From Dehalococcoidia bacterium (lineage in GTDB: Bacteria; Chloroflexota; Dehalococcoidia; UBA2979), in assembly GCA_965262725.1 (NCBI GenBank), contig OZ253555.1, positions 1,216,001-1,280,000 of the forward strand: 64,000 nt of DNA, read 5' to 3'. Made by a program: the position numbers and the translations under genes. Every line of letters starts with the position of its first letter. Position 1 is the stretch's first letter. Shown here one piece after another: positions 1-9,616 of the stretch. Under the pieces are notes generated by a model. It searched no databases. It was not told where the DNA came from and worked only from the letters and a program-made list of their open reading frames with translations.

Positions 1-165
1 GTCGGGTCCAAGGCCCGCACCCAGACCGAGGTCTGGACGCACATCGCGAAGAACCTCCCCGAGTGGGGCGCTCAGTTCGGCGTCACCTTTACCGAGGAGG
101 AGCGCGACGGGCTCTGCCACCGCGCCGCGATGGCGTGCATGTCGAACATCGACTTCCCCGACTAG
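1..165 (+). CDS. 3' end of a hypothetical protein (partial, runs off the window start)
   Basis: Frame 1 is open from base 1 to TAG at 163-165 (VGSKARTQTEVWTHIAKNLPEWG...SNIDFPD*) with GC3-rich codons typical of this genome. Confidence 0.65.
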   Translation, partial: VGSKARTQTEVWTHIAKNLPEWGAQFGVTFTEEERDGLCHRAAMACMSNIDFPD

Positions 166-278
166 GTTCCGCAGCGGTTCGCCGCTCGGCGGCGCGGGGG
201 AGTGGTGTAGCGGTCTGCGCTGTCTCCCCCCGGTTATCTATGTTGCCCGACCCACCGCCGCGGGCTGGATGAGGATGC

Positions 279-1388
279 TTGGCGACGGTCGTGCGACTAC
301 TCGCCCTTGAGCAGCTCCACGAGGCGGCAGGGGCGCGGTTCGCGCCCTTTGCCGGCTGGCACATGCCGCTCCAGTACCAGGGCATCGTCGCCGAGCACAC
401 GGCCGTACGCACGGGCGCCGGTGTCTTCGACGTCTCGCACATGGGCCGCGCGATTGTCGAGGGACCCCTAGCCGCCGAGCGCATTCGCGCTACCGTCAGC
501 TACGACGTGACGCGCCTCGCGCCGGGTGAGGGACACTACGCGCTCTACTGCACGGAGCAGGGGGGTATCGCCGACGACCTCTTCGTCTACCGCGTGGAGG
601 CGGAACGGTGGCTGGTCGTCCACAACGCCGCGAACGCGGAGCCGGACTTCGAGCGCCTGCGCGCCGCCGCGCATCGTCCCGGCGCCAGCGCGCACGATGT
701 GACGGGCGAGACGGTGATGCTCGCCGTCCAGGGACCACTCGCCCTCGACCGCCTCGCGATCGTGCTGGGCGACGGCATCGCCGATCTCAGGCCGAGGCGC
801 TGCGCCGAGTTCCTCTGGCACGGCGGCCCCGTCCTGGTCGCCCGCACCGGCTACACCGGGGAGGATGGTGCCGAGTGCGTGATGGACGCTGCGCGGGGCG
901 CGGAGCTGTGGTGGGCTCTGCTCGAGAGCGGCGTGGTGCCCTGTGGACTCGGTGCCCGCGACACGCTCCGCCTTGAGGCGGCGCTGCCCCTGCACGGGCA
1001 CGACATCGACGTCACCACGCACCCCCGGGAGGCACGCCTGGGGTGGACCGTGACGCTCGATGATGCGGCGCCCTTCGAGGGCCGGGCGGCGCTCGAGCGG
1101 CTCGCCGCCGAGCCCCCCTCCCGGTTGCTCGCATGCATCCGGCTGGAGTGGCGTGGCGTCCTCCGGGAGGGGCAACCGGTGCTCGATCCAGATCGGGCGG
1201 GCGCGCCTCCCATCAGCCGCTTGACGAGTGGTGCACACGGTCCGACACTCGGGGCCGGCATCGGCATGGCCTATCTCCCCCCGGCGCTCGCCGAGCCGGG
1301 CACGCCGCTCGCCATCGAGATCCGTGGTCGCGCGCTCCCTGCGCGGGTTGTCGCGCGCCCCTTCTACCGCCGCCCTCGAGGCGGGTAG
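279..1388 (+). CDS. gcvT: glycine cleavage system aminomethyltransferase T
   Basis: FAGWHMPLQY, GVFDVSHMG, RTGYTGEDG and GLGARDTLRLEA motifs; first gene of the gcvT-H-PA-PB run. Confidence 0.95.
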   Translation: MATVVRLLALEQLHEAAGARFAPFAGWHMPLQYQGIVAEHTAVRTGAGVFDVSHMGRAIVEGPLAAERIRATVSYDVTRLAPGEGHYALYCTEQGGIADDLFVYRVEAERWLVVHNAANAEPDFERLRAAAHRPGASAHDVTGETVMLAVQGPLALDRLAIVLGDGIADLRPRRCAEFLWHGGPVLVARTGYTGEDGAECVMDAARGAELWWALLESGVVPCGLGARDTLRLEAALPLHGHDIDVTTHPREARLGWTVTLDDAAPFEGRAALERLAAEPPSRLLACIRLEWRGVLREGQPVLDPDRAGAPPISRLTSGAHGPTLGAGIGMAYLPPALAEPGTPLAIEIRGRALPARVVARPFYRRPRGG

Positions 1389-1408
1389 AACGCCGAAGGG
1401 AGCAAGGG

Positions 1409-1804
1409 ATGGAGCTGCCGGCGGGGCTGCTCTACACGGCGGAGCACGAGTGGCTGAGCGTTGAGGGCGACCGCGGCACGATCGGGATCACCGACCACGC
1501 GCAGAAGCAGCTCGGCGACGTGGTGTACGTGGAGCTGCCCGAACCGGGGAGCCGCGTGGAGCCAGGGGCCGTCTTCGGCGTCGTCGAGTCGGTGAAGACA
1601 GTCTCGGATCTCTACGCTCCGGTGTCCGGCGAGGTGCTCGAGCGCAACGAGCGGCTCGCCGACGAGCCGGAACTCGTCAACGCGTCCCCCTACGGCGACG
1701 CGTGGATGCTGCGCGTGCGCATCGAGGACCCCCGACAGCTCGAGTCCCTGCTCTCACCGGAGGCCTACGACGAGTTCACCAGGCAGGAGCAGCGTGGCGC
1801 ATAG
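1409..1804 (+). CDS. gcvH: glycine cleavage system H protein
   Basis: YTAEHEW, IGITDHAQKQLGDVVYVELP, lipoyl-Lys motif ESVKTVSDLYAPVSG, VNASPYGDAW; ATG at 1409 after a purine-rich RBS. Confidence 0.96.
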   Translation: MELPAGLLYTAEHEWLSVEGDRGTIGITDHAQKQLGDVVYVELPEPGSRVEPGAVFGVVESVKTVSDLYAPVSGEVLERNERLADEPELVNASPYGDAWMLRVRIEDPRQLESLLSPEAYDEFTRQEQRGA

Positions 1805-3239
1805 CGAGACGCACTCGGGCGGCGCGCCTCACCCGTACATCCCTCATACGGACGAGGACCGCCGCATCATGCTCAAGCGGATCGGCTTAGCGTCGACCGC
1901 GGAGTTGTTCGACCAGATCCCGGAGCGCTTCCGCGATCCGCCGATCGATCTCCCGCCCGCGCTCTCCGAGCGCGAGCTGGTCGAGTTCATGGGCGCGCAG
2001 GCCGCCGAGAACGCGGCGGCCCAGGTGCATCCGACGTTTCTCGGCGCCGGTGCCTACCGGCGGGCGGTACCCGTGATCGCCGGGAGCCTCGTCCAGCGAG
2101 GCGAGTTCGCAACCGCCTACACGCCGTACCAGCCCGAGATCAGCCAGGGGACGCTGCAGGCGGCCTTCGAGTTTCAGTCGGTCGTCTGCGAACTGACGGG
2201 CATGGAGGTCGCGAATACCGGCCTCTACGATGTCGGGAGCGCGACCGCGGAGGCTGTGCTGATGGCGGCGCGCATCACGCGGCGCCGCTCCGTTGCCGTG
2301 CTGGAGCCGATCCACCCCGGCACGCTCGACGTGCTGCGCACCTACGCCTACGCCGCCGACCTCGAACTCGACGTGATCGGCGCGCCTATCGACGCCGCGG
2401 ATCCCGCCGCCGGCGTCGCGACGGCTCTCGGGGAGCGGCACGCCTGCCTCGTCGTGCAGCAGCCGGACTTCCTCGGGGCCATTGTGGATCTCGAGCTGCT
2501 CGCCGGAGTCGCTCACGAGACCGGTGCGCTCGTGATCGCCGTCTGCGATCCGCTCGCGCTCGGCTTGCTGCGCCCGCCCGGCGATGCCGGCGTGGACGTG
2601 GTGACGGGTGAGGGACGCGACCTCGCCGGTCCCGTCGGTTTCGGCGGTCCCTCACTCGGGCTCTTTGCCGCCCGCCACGATCACCTGCGCCAGCTCCCCG
2701 GGCGGATCGTGGGCCGCACGAGGGAGCTTCACGGAGCGCAGGGTGCGGACGGAGGGGACGCGGAGCCGCGCACCGGTTACGTGCTGACGCTTCAGGCGCG
2801 CGAACAGTTCATCCGGCGCGAGCGCGCCACGTCGAACTTCTCGACTGGGCAGCAGCTGGTTGCTCTCGGCTTCACCGTCGCGCTCGAGACGCTCGGCCCG
2901 CGAGGACTGCGTGAGAGCGCCGAGCTCTGCTACCAGCGCGCGCACGCGGCGGCCGCCCGCATCGACGCGCTTCCGGGCTACTCGGCCGCCGGGCGCGGGG
3001 ATTGGTGGTTCCAGGAGTTCCTGCTGCGGGGACCCGTCGCCCCGGGGGAGCTGCTCGCGCGTCTTGCCGAGCGGGGCATCACGGGAGGGCTCGATGTCTC
3101 GGGACGCGCCGAACCGGAGGCGCGCGACGCAATCCTCGTGTGCGTGACCGAGGCGACGCCGCCCGGCCACGTGGACGCTCTGGTGGGGGCGCTGGCATCG
3201 ACCGGCGGGGGCCAGGCGGCAGAAGGTCCCCCCGCATGA
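1794..3239 (+). CDS. gcvPA: glycine dehydrogenase (decarboxylating) subunit 1
   Basis: PYIPHT, FLGAGAY, TAYTPYQPEISQGTLQ, LPGRIVG, LQAREQFIRRERATSN motifs. Confidence 0.95.
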   Translation: MAHSETHSGGAPHPYIPHTDEDRRIMLKRIGLASTAELFDQIPERFRDPPIDLPPALSERELVEFMGAQAAENAAAQVHPTFLGAGAYRRAVPVIAGSLVQRGEFATAYTPYQPEISQGTLQAAFEFQSVVCELTGMEVANTGLYDVGSATAEAVLMAARITRRRSVAVLEPIHPGTLDVLRTYAYAADLELDVIGAPIDAADPAAGVATALGERHACLVVQQPDFLGAIVDLELLAGVAHETGALVIAVCDPLALGLLRPPGDAGVDVVTGEGRDLAGPVGFGGPSLGLFAARHDHLRQLPGRIVGRTRELHGAQGADGGDAEPRTGYVLTLQAREQFIRRERATSNFSTGQQLVALGFTVALETLGPRGLRESAELCYQRAHAAAARIDALPGYSAAGRGDWWFQEFLLRGPVAPGELLARLAERGITGGLDVSGRAEPEARDAILVCVTEATPPGHVDALVGALASTGGGQAAEGPPA

Positions 3240-4708
3240 ACGTCGTCGAGCGCGATATCGGCGCCCGCCTCGCCTTCGACCGCGGCGCACCGGGGCGACG
3301 GGCGGTGACCGTTCCCTCGTGGGAGGGGGAGCGCGCGCCGCTGCCGCCCGCCCGGCTGCTCCGCGATCGGCTCCGGCTGCCCGAGCTCTCGCAGGGCGAG
3401 GTCGTGCGCTACTACACGGCGCTCTCGCGATTGAACTATGGCATCGATTCAGGGACCTATCCGCTCGGATCCTGCACGATGAAGTACAACCCGAAGGTCG
3501 ACGACCTGATGGCAGCGCTTCCGGGATTCGCGGATGCCCACCCTCTGGAGGCGACGGAACGGGTCCAGGGGATCCTCCGCGTCGGCCAGGAGTTGCAGGA
3601 TGCGCTCTGTTCTCTCACCGGCTTCGCTGCGGCGAGCCTGGCGCCGGCGGCGGGGGCGCAGGGTGAGCTAGCCGGCGTCCTGATGGTGAAGCGCGCTCTC
3701 GCCGATCGCGGCGACCTCGCGACACGGCGCCGCGTCCTGGTGCCGGACAGCGCGCACGGCACGAATCCGGCGACGGCGGCGATGGCCGGCTTCACGGTGA
3801 CGCAGATCCCCTCCGCCGCCGACGGCTCCATGGATCGCGCGGCGCTCGAGAGCGAACTCGACGACAGCGTCGCCGCTGCGATGGTCACGATGCCCAACAC
3901 GCTCGGCCTCTGGGAGCGTGGCATCGACGAAGTGGCGGCACGGGTGCACGCGGCCGGCGCCTACCTCTACGCCGACGGCGCGAACCTCAATGCGATCCTT
4001 GGGCGGGCGCGCTTCAGGGATCTCGGTTTCGACGTGGCGCACGTCAACCTGCACAAGACCTTCTCGACCCCGCACGGTGGCGGAGGCCCGGGCGCCGGTC
4101 CCGTGCTGTGCGGAGCGGAGCTTGCCCCGTACCTCCCTGCCCCCGTCGTCGTGGCGGATGAGGTCGGCCTCTGTCTCGGGAGACCGGAGCGGTCGATCGG
4201 GCGCCTGCAGCAGTTCCATGGTTCATACGGCGTGCTCGTGCGCGCCTACGCCTACGTGCGGTCGATGGGGCTCGACGGCCTGCGGGCCGTCTCCGAGCAC
4301 GCAGTGCTGAACGCGAATTACCTGCGCGCGCTGCTCGTGCACGCGTACGACCTGCCGTACGACCAGGGCCGGGTCCTGCACGAGGTGGTGCTGGCGGGCA
4401 CCAGGCAGCGGCGCGAGCATGGGGTTCGCACGTACGACATCGCCAAGCGCCTCATCGACCACGGCTTCCACCCGCCGACCGTCTACTTCCCCCTGATCGT
4501 GGAGGAGGCGCTCATGATCGAGCCGACGGAGACGGAGCCCCGGGAGGCGGTGGAGGCATTCGCCGCCGCGATGCTCACCATCGCGGAGGAGGCGGCGCGC
4601 GACCCCGAACTCGTGCGCTCGGCACCAAGCGGCGCGCCGATCGGCCGACTGGACGAGGCGACGGCGGCTCGGCGGCCGGATCTGCGCTGGGTGCCCGCCG
4701 ACGAGTAG
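3236..4708 (+). CDS. gcvPB: glycine dehydrogenase (decarboxylating) subunit 2
   Basis: YPLGSCTMKYNP, PDSAHGTNPA, PLP-Lys motif HVNLHKTFSTPHGGGGPG, LMIEPTETE; ATGA overlap with the gcvPA stop. Confidence 0.95.
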   Translation: MNVVERDIGARLAFDRGAPGRRAVTVPSWEGERAPLPPARLLRDRLRLPELSQGEVVRYYTALSRLNYGIDSGTYPLGSCTMKYNPKVDDLMAALPGFADAHPLEATERVQGILRVGQELQDALCSLTGFAAASLAPAAGAQGELAGVLMVKRALADRGDLATRRRVLVPDSAHGTNPATAAMAGFTVTQIPSAADGSMDRAALESELDDSVAAAMVTMPNTLGLWERGIDEVAARVHAAGAYLYADGANLNAILGRARFRDLGFDVAHVNLHKTFSTPHGGGGPGAGPVLCGAELAPYLPAPVVVADEVGLCLGRPERSIGRLQQFHGSYGVLVRAYAYVRSMGLDGLRAVSEHAVLNANYLRALLVHAYDLPYDQGRVLHEVVLAGTRQRREHGVRTYDIAKRLIDHGFHPPTVYFPLIVEEALMIEPTETEPREAVEAFAAAMLTIAEEAARDPELVRSAPSGAPIGRLDEATAARRPDLRWVPADE

Positions 4709-4756
4709 CCCCGGCCACCGGCGTCCGTCGGCGACGCCTGGTCGGGGCGGCGCTCA

Positions 4757-5038
4757 CTACGGCCGGGCGGAATGCCCCCCGCCGGACATTGCCGGGAGGA
4801 TCTGAACCTCGGCGTCCTCGGGAACCGAGCGGACGAGGCCCGTGGCGGCGGTGACACCGTTCACGGCGAGCTGGATGCCCGGGCGCACCATGCCGTCCTC
4901 GACGATCAGCGCGTGGATGCCCGGGCACTCCGGATCTAGGTTCTCGATCACCTGCCGGAGCGTCGCCCCGTCGACCTCCACCGAGTGGCGGCCGCCGCAG
5001 AGCTGGCGCATCGACGCGGGGACAAAGACGATCGCCAT
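4757..5038 (-). CDS. MoaD/ThiS family sulfur-carrier (ubiquitin-like) protein
   Basis: Beta-grasp pattern VFVPASMRQLCGG...VDGATLRQVIENLD...LAVNG...VQILPAMSGG, with 6 extra residues after the GG. Confidence 0.85.
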   Translation of the reverse strand: MAIVFVPASMRQLCGGRHSVEVDGATLRQVIENLDPECPGIHALIVEDGMVRPGIQLAVNGVTAATGLVRSVPEDAEVQILPAMSGGGHSARP

Positions 5039-5111
5039 CGACGGCCCCCCAGGCCGGCGACAACCCCGCGGGGAGCCGCCGGCTTCTCTCGAGGTTGCGC
5101 CCGCGTCGTGT

Positions 5112-7394
5112 CTACTGCTCCGGCAGCATTTCCTCGAGTAGCACGCGCGGCGAGGCGGGAAGCGTCCGCGCCCGCACGCCGGTTGCCTGGTAGATGGCGT
5201 TTGCGATGGCGGCGAGCGGCGGCACGATCGGCACCTCGCCCACTCCGCGCACGCCGTAGGGGTGGCCGGGGTTCGGCTCCTCCACCAGGATGGTCTCGAT
5301 CTGCGGCACGTCGAGCGTGGTCGGCATGCGGTAGTCGAGCAGGCTCGCGTTGCGCATTCGGCCCTCGTCGTCGTAGACGTACTCCTCCGTCAGGGCCATC
5401 CCGATGCCCTGTACGGCACCTCCCTGAATCTGACCCTCTACGTAGTCGGGATGGATGGCCGTTCCGACATCCTGGATCGCGGTGTAGCGCAGCACCTGCA
5501 CCTTGGCAGTATCGGGATCGACCTCGACGTCGACGATGTGGCAGGCAAAGGTGGGCCCGACGCCCTCCGGCGTGACGTCCGCCTTCCCCTGCACCGTGCC
5601 GCCGGTGTGGTGCAGTTGCCTCGCAATCTCCACGAAGCTCAGTGATCGCTCCTCGGGGCCGCGGATGACGCCGTCGTCGTCGTAGTGCACGAGCGAGGGG
5701 TCGACCTCCCAGATGAGCGCTGCGCGGGCCTCGAGTTCGCGGCGAATCTCGAGGCCCGCCTCGTGGACGGCCCAGCCGGTGGCAAACGTGGTGCGGCTGC
5801 CGCCGGTGACGGCCGTGTAGCCGATCGAGTCGGTGTCGACGACGATGGGCTTCACCTGCTCGTAGTCGATGCCGAGCGTCTCGGCGATCTGCATGGCGAG
5901 CGCCGCTCGCTGCCCGCCGATATCCACCGAGCCCAGAACCAGACTGACGGTGCCGTCGCGGTTGACGGTAGCGTAGGCTGACGACTCCAGCCCGCCGTTG
6001 CTCCAGTAGCCCATGGCGATACCGCGTCCTCGGTTCGCGCCCTGCAGTTCTGAGTTCCAGTGTGGACTCTCCTCGGCGGCCGTCATCACGGCCTCGTTGC
6101 CGATCGAGTGGAAGGCGGCGCCGTCGATGCGGCGCGTGCCGTCGACGGCGGCGTTGTGCTGCCTGAGCTTGAGCGGATCGATGTCGAGCTGCTCGGCGAG
6201 CTCGTCGAGGGTCGATTCCATGGCGAAGGAGCCGGCAGGAGCCCCCGGTGCGCGGTAGGCGGAGACCTTGGGCTTGTTAACGATAACGTCGTAGCAGTCG
6301 GCGCCTTGGTTAGGGATTCTGTACGGGGAGAACATGCACATCCCGCCGGCGCCGACGGGCGACCCGGGATACGCGCCGGCCTCGTAGGCGAGGTAGGCCT
6401 CGGCGGCGGTGAGTGTCCCGTCGCGCTTCGCGCCGAGCTTCACGCGGATGTAGGTGGCCGATGTTGGCCCGGTGGCGGTGAGCACCTCGTCGCGCTGCAT
6501 GATCATCTTCACCGGGCGGCCGGTCTTCTTCGACAAGACGGCGGCCATAGGCTCCATGTAGATCGGGATCTTTCCGCCGAAGCCGCCCCCGATCTCCATC
6601 GGGACGACGCGGATCTTGGAGACGGGGAGCTTCAGCACGCGCGCGAGCTGGTCCCTCATCAAGAAGGGGCCCTGCGTGGAGAGCCAGACGGTCAACTCGC
6701 CGCTCTCGTTCCAGAGCGCCGTCCCATTGTGCGACTCGATGTAGCCCTGATGCGCCGTGCCCGTCTCGTACTCGCGCTCGATCACGACCTCGGCCTCGGC
6801 GAAGCCCTGGTCGAGGTCTCCGATCTCCAGGCGCAGGTGGCTCGCGGTGTTCGGGATGTCGTTCTCGCTGCGCGGGCCAGGGCTGAAGCGTGCCAGCATC
6901 TCCACCGTATGCATGTTGGGGTGGATGCGTGGGGCGCCCTCGGCCATCGCCTCGTGGACGGAGAGCACCGGCGGCAGCGGCTCGTACTCGACCTCGATGA
7001 GCTGGAGCGCGTCCTCGGCGATGTGCGGGTCGGTCGCGGCCACGGCAGCGACCGCATGCCCGTGGTAGAGCGCGCGGTCGGAGGCGAGCACGTTGTCGAC
7101 GAGCCACTTCAGGTTCGAGGCGGTCTCGCCGAGGTCCGTGATCGCGTCCTCCGCGGCTGGGAAGTCGGCCTGCGTGATCACCGCCTTCACTTCCGGTAGC
7201 GCGAGCGCCTTCGCCGGGTCGATCCGCACGATGCGGGCATGCGCGTGTGGGCTGCGCAGCACGCGCCCGTAGAGCATCCCAGGCAGCCGGATGTCGGATC
7301 CGTAGTTGGCTCGTCCGGTCACCTTGTCGGTTCCGTCCGGCCGCACGGGGCGGGTGCCCACCACGCGATACGGCTTCTTGGCGGGGGCGACCAT
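5112..7394 (-). CDS. xanthine dehydrogenase family molybdopterin-binding (large) subunit
   Basis: RPDGTDKVTGRANY, LRSPHAHARI, IGGGFGGK, AYRAPG, TGGSRTT, GQIQGGAVQGIG, RGVGE motifs. Confidence 0.93.
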   Translation of the reverse strand: MVAPAKKPYRVVGTRPVRPDGTDKVTGRANYGSDIRLPGMLYGRVLRSPHAHARIVRIDPAKALALPEVKAVITQADFPAAEDAITDLGETASNLKWLVDNVLASDRALYHGHAVAAVAATDPHIAEDALQLIEVEYEPLPPVLSVHEAMAEGAPRIHPNMHTVEMLARFSPGPRSENDIPNTASHLRLEIGDLDQGFAEAEVVIEREYETGTAHQGYIESHNGTALWNESGELTVWLSTQGPFLMRDQLARVLKLPVSKIRVVPMEIGGGFGGKIPIYMEPMAAVLSKKTGRPVKMIMQRDEVLTATGPTSATYIRVKLGAKRDGTLTAAEAYLAYEAGAYPGSPVGAGGMCMFSPYRIPNQGADCYDVIVNKPKVSAYRAPGAPAGSFAMESTLDELAEQLDIDPLKLRQHNAAVDGTRRIDGAAFHSIGNEAVMTAAEESPHWNSELQGANRGRGIAMGYWSNGGLESSAYATVNRDGTVSLVLGSVDIGGQRAALAMQIAETLGIDYEQVKPIVVDTDSIGYTAVTGGSRTTFATGWAVHEAGLEIRRELEARAALIWEVDPSLVHYDDDGVIRGPEERSLSFVEIARQLHHTGGTVQGKADVTPEGVGPTFACHIVDVEVDPDTAKVQVLRYTAIQDVGTAIHPDYVEGQIQGGAVQGIGMALTEEYVYDDEGRMRNASLLDYRMPTTLDVPQIETILVEEPNPGHPYGVRGVGEVPIVPPLAAIANAIYQATGVRARTLPASPRVLLEEMLPEQ

Positions 7395-7442
7395 GGTGCT
7401 TCCTTCCGTGCGGCGGCGCTGCCTTCAGCGCCCGCTCGCTCT

Positions 7443-7928
7443 CTAGCCCGCGGGAACGTCGACCCGGTCGGCGGCGTCCATGACGGCGGTGATGATCTTA
7501 TCGTAGCCCGTGCAGCGGCACAGGTTCCCGGCGAGCCAGTAGCGCACCTGCTCCTCGCTGGGACGGGGATGCTTGCTCAGGAGGGCGTGCGCCGCGACGA
7601 GGAAGCCCGGCGTACAGATGCCGCACTGCAGTGCGCCTCTCTCTAGGAAGGTCTCCTGCACAGGGATCAGCCCGTCGTGCCGGGCCAGTCCCTCCACGGT
7701 GGTCACCTGCGCGCCCTCGGTCTCGGCGGCCATCACCAGGCAGGCGTTCACGAGCCGGCCGTCTAGCATCACCGCACAGGCGCCGCAGTTGCCGTTGTTG
7801 CATCCCTCCTTGCTGCCCATCAGGCCGAGCCGATCCCGCAGCGCTTCGAGCAGCGAGTCGCGCTCGTCGGCGAGGAATTCCGTGGGTTCGCCGTTGATCT
7901 CGGCGGTGATGATGGTTCGGCTGCTCAT
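7443..7928 (-). CDS. (2Fe-2S)-binding small subunit of the molybdenum hydroxylase
   Basis: KEGCNNGNCGACAV...NAC and QCGICTPGF...GNLCRCTGY iron-sulfur motifs; ATG at 7928 overlaps the FAD subunit stop. Confidence 0.94.
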   Translation of the reverse strand: MSSRTIITAEINGEPTEFLADERDSLLEALRDRLGLMGSKEGCNNGNCGACAVMLDGRLVNACLVMAAETEGAQVTTVEGLARHDGLIPVQETFLERGALQCGICTPGFLVAAHALLSKHPRPSEEQVRYWLAGNLCRCTGYDKIITAVMDAADRVDVPAG

Positions 7929-8812
7929 GGGTGACTCGCGACCTCCTCGCCCCGGGCACGGCGCGCCGCGTCCCGCAGGGTGCGCTCCGTCAGCACGCCG
8001 GCCAGATGCCGCCGCTGCCGGACGGAGCCGCGCATGTCGTCGATCGGCCGCACCGCGGAGCTCGCGGCGGCGGCGGCGGCGGCGATGGTGTCGTCCGACA
8101 GCGGGTGCCCGACGAGCGCCTCTGTCGCCTCCTCCACGAGGAGCACGGTCGGTGCGGCGGCGCCGACCACGACGCACGCCTCGGCGACGTTCCCGCCATC
8201 GAAGCGCAGAGATGAGGCGACGTTGACGACGGCGATGTCCATCTCGTTCCGGGGGATGAACCTGAGGAAGCGTGCACCGCTCTCCGGTCTCGGCGCCGGC
8301 ACCTCGAGTGCGACCACGAACTCGCCCTCCTTGAGCACGTTCTGGCCCGGGCCCGTCGTGAAATGCGCCACGGGTACGCGCCGGTCGCCCCCCGGGCCGG
8401 CAATGATGGCGGTCGCGCCGAGCGCGATGAGAGGCGGAACGCCATCCGCCGCCGGCGACGAGTTGCAGAGGTTCCCCCCGAGGCTCGCGCGGCCCTGGAT
8501 TGCGGTTCCTCCGATCAGGGAGGTGGCGTCGATCAGCACGGGGTACGCTTTCCTGACGGCAGCATCGCCGTATATGCGGTAGCAGGGGGTCGCCGCGCCG
8601 AGGGTGAGTCCATCGCCATCCGCCCCGCGCACGGCGACCACTTCCGGGATGTGCTTGATGTCGACGAAGAGCGCGATCTCGTGGGTGCGCTCCCGCGCCT
8701 GGACGATCACGTCCGTGCCTCCGGCGAGGACGCGTGCGGTCGGCCCGCCGTCCGCGAGCAGCCGGGTGGCCTCCGCCACGTTCGATGCCCGCGCATACCT
8801 GAGGTCCTGCAT
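7925..8812 (-). CDS. FAD-binding medium subunit of the molybdenum hydroxylase
   Basis: LAGGTDV, IQGRASLGGNLCNSSPAAD, PIDDMRGS motifs; M-S-L gene order. Confidence 0.93.
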   Translation of the reverse strand: MQDLRYARASNVAEATRLLADGGPTARVLAGGTDVIVQARERTHEIALFVDIKHIPEVVAVRGADGDGLTLGAATPCYRIYGDAAVRKAYPVLIDATSLIGGTAIQGRASLGGNLCNSSPAADGVPPLIALGATAIIAGPGGDRRVPVAHFTTGPGQNVLKEGEFVVALEVPAPRPESGARFLRFIPRNEMDIAVVNVASSLRFDGGNVAEACVVVGAAAPTVLLVEEATEALVGHPLSDDTIAAAAAAASSAVRPIDDMRGSVRQRRHLAGVLTERTLRDAARRARGEEVASHP

Positions 8813-8857
8813 CCGCGCCCCTTTCGCAGTGCCGACGACTCCGCCGTCCGCACGAGC

Positions 8858-9616
8858 CTACTCTGGCGCCGCCACGTCGTCACGCGGAGCGGAAGCCTCG
8901 CGGGCGAGTCGCTCGAGCAGGTCGGCGACCAGCTCCGGTCGGTTGAGGAATGGCGAGTGCCCGACGGGCCACTCCACGACGGCCTCGGCCAGGCGTGAGT
9001 TCTCGCGCTGGGCGTCCGGCCGGATCGTGCGGTCGCGGCCGCACACCACGAACACCGCCGGGATCCCGCGCCATGCCACGCTTGTCGGCCGCTGTCGCGC
9101 CTCGGGCGGCCGCTCCTGCGGCGTGAGCCGCGCGGTCGCCCACGCCGCGTCCTCATCCGAGCAGTCTGAGTAGAAGGCCGTCCGCGCGTCGGCGGGTTCC
9201 ACGATGGTGGTCCCGTCGGGCTGCGGGCGCAGCGCAGCCTGGTATGAGGGATCCCGGTGGAGCACGGGATCGACGCCCTCCTCGTCGGGCATCGAGGCGC
9301 AGAGGTAGACGAGACTCCGCACGCGCCCGTGTCCCGCCGCGGCTTCCGTGATGATCGGCCCGCCGGCCGAGTGGCCGACGAGCACAAGCGGTCCGGGCGT
9401 GGCGTCCAGCGCCGCGCGTACGAGCCGCGCGTTCTCGTGCAGGTCGCCGATCACGCGCCGGTCGGGCGCAGTTGGGCGGCGGCGATCCACGAGCACGGTC
9501 GGAACGCCGCGCGGCTCGAGGGCGTCGACCACGCGTTCCCACGCCCACGGCCCGTGCCCGGCGCCGTGCACGAGGACGATCGTCGCCGCGGAGCTCGCGC
9601 TCGTGTCGTCAACCAC
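8858..9616 (-). CDS. alpha/beta fold hydrolase (esterase-like)
   Basis: LVHGAGHG, canonical GHSAGG nucleophile elbow, DRTI Asp and GHSPF His. Confidence 0.88.
   Translation of the reverse strand: MVDDTSASSAATIVLVHGAGHGPWAWERVVDALEPRGVPTVLVDRRRPTAPDRRVIGDLHENARLVRAALDATPGPLVLVGHSAGGPIITEAAAGHGRVRSLVYLCASMPDEEGVDPVLHRDPSYQAALRPQPDGTTIVEPADARTAFYSDCSDEDAAWATARLTPQERPPEARQRPTSVAWRGIPAVFVVCGRDRTIRPDAQRENSRLAEAVVEWPVGHSPFLNRPELVADLLERLAREASAPRDDVAAPE

Noticed and set aside
196-230. tRNA-like start (GGGGGAG-TGGTGTAGCGGT) and possible glycine riboswitch upstream of gcvT
   Set aside because: No anticodon arm, T-arm (GTTCRA) or correctly spaced acceptor strand; it is only a GGGGGAG/CTCCCCC hairpin. 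Glycine-aptamer motifs are not evident and the gap is short.
5112-7394. Aerobic CO dehydrogenase CoxL
   Set aside because: Active-site loop is AYRAPG rather than AYxCSFR, and no coxDEFG accessory genes are nearby.
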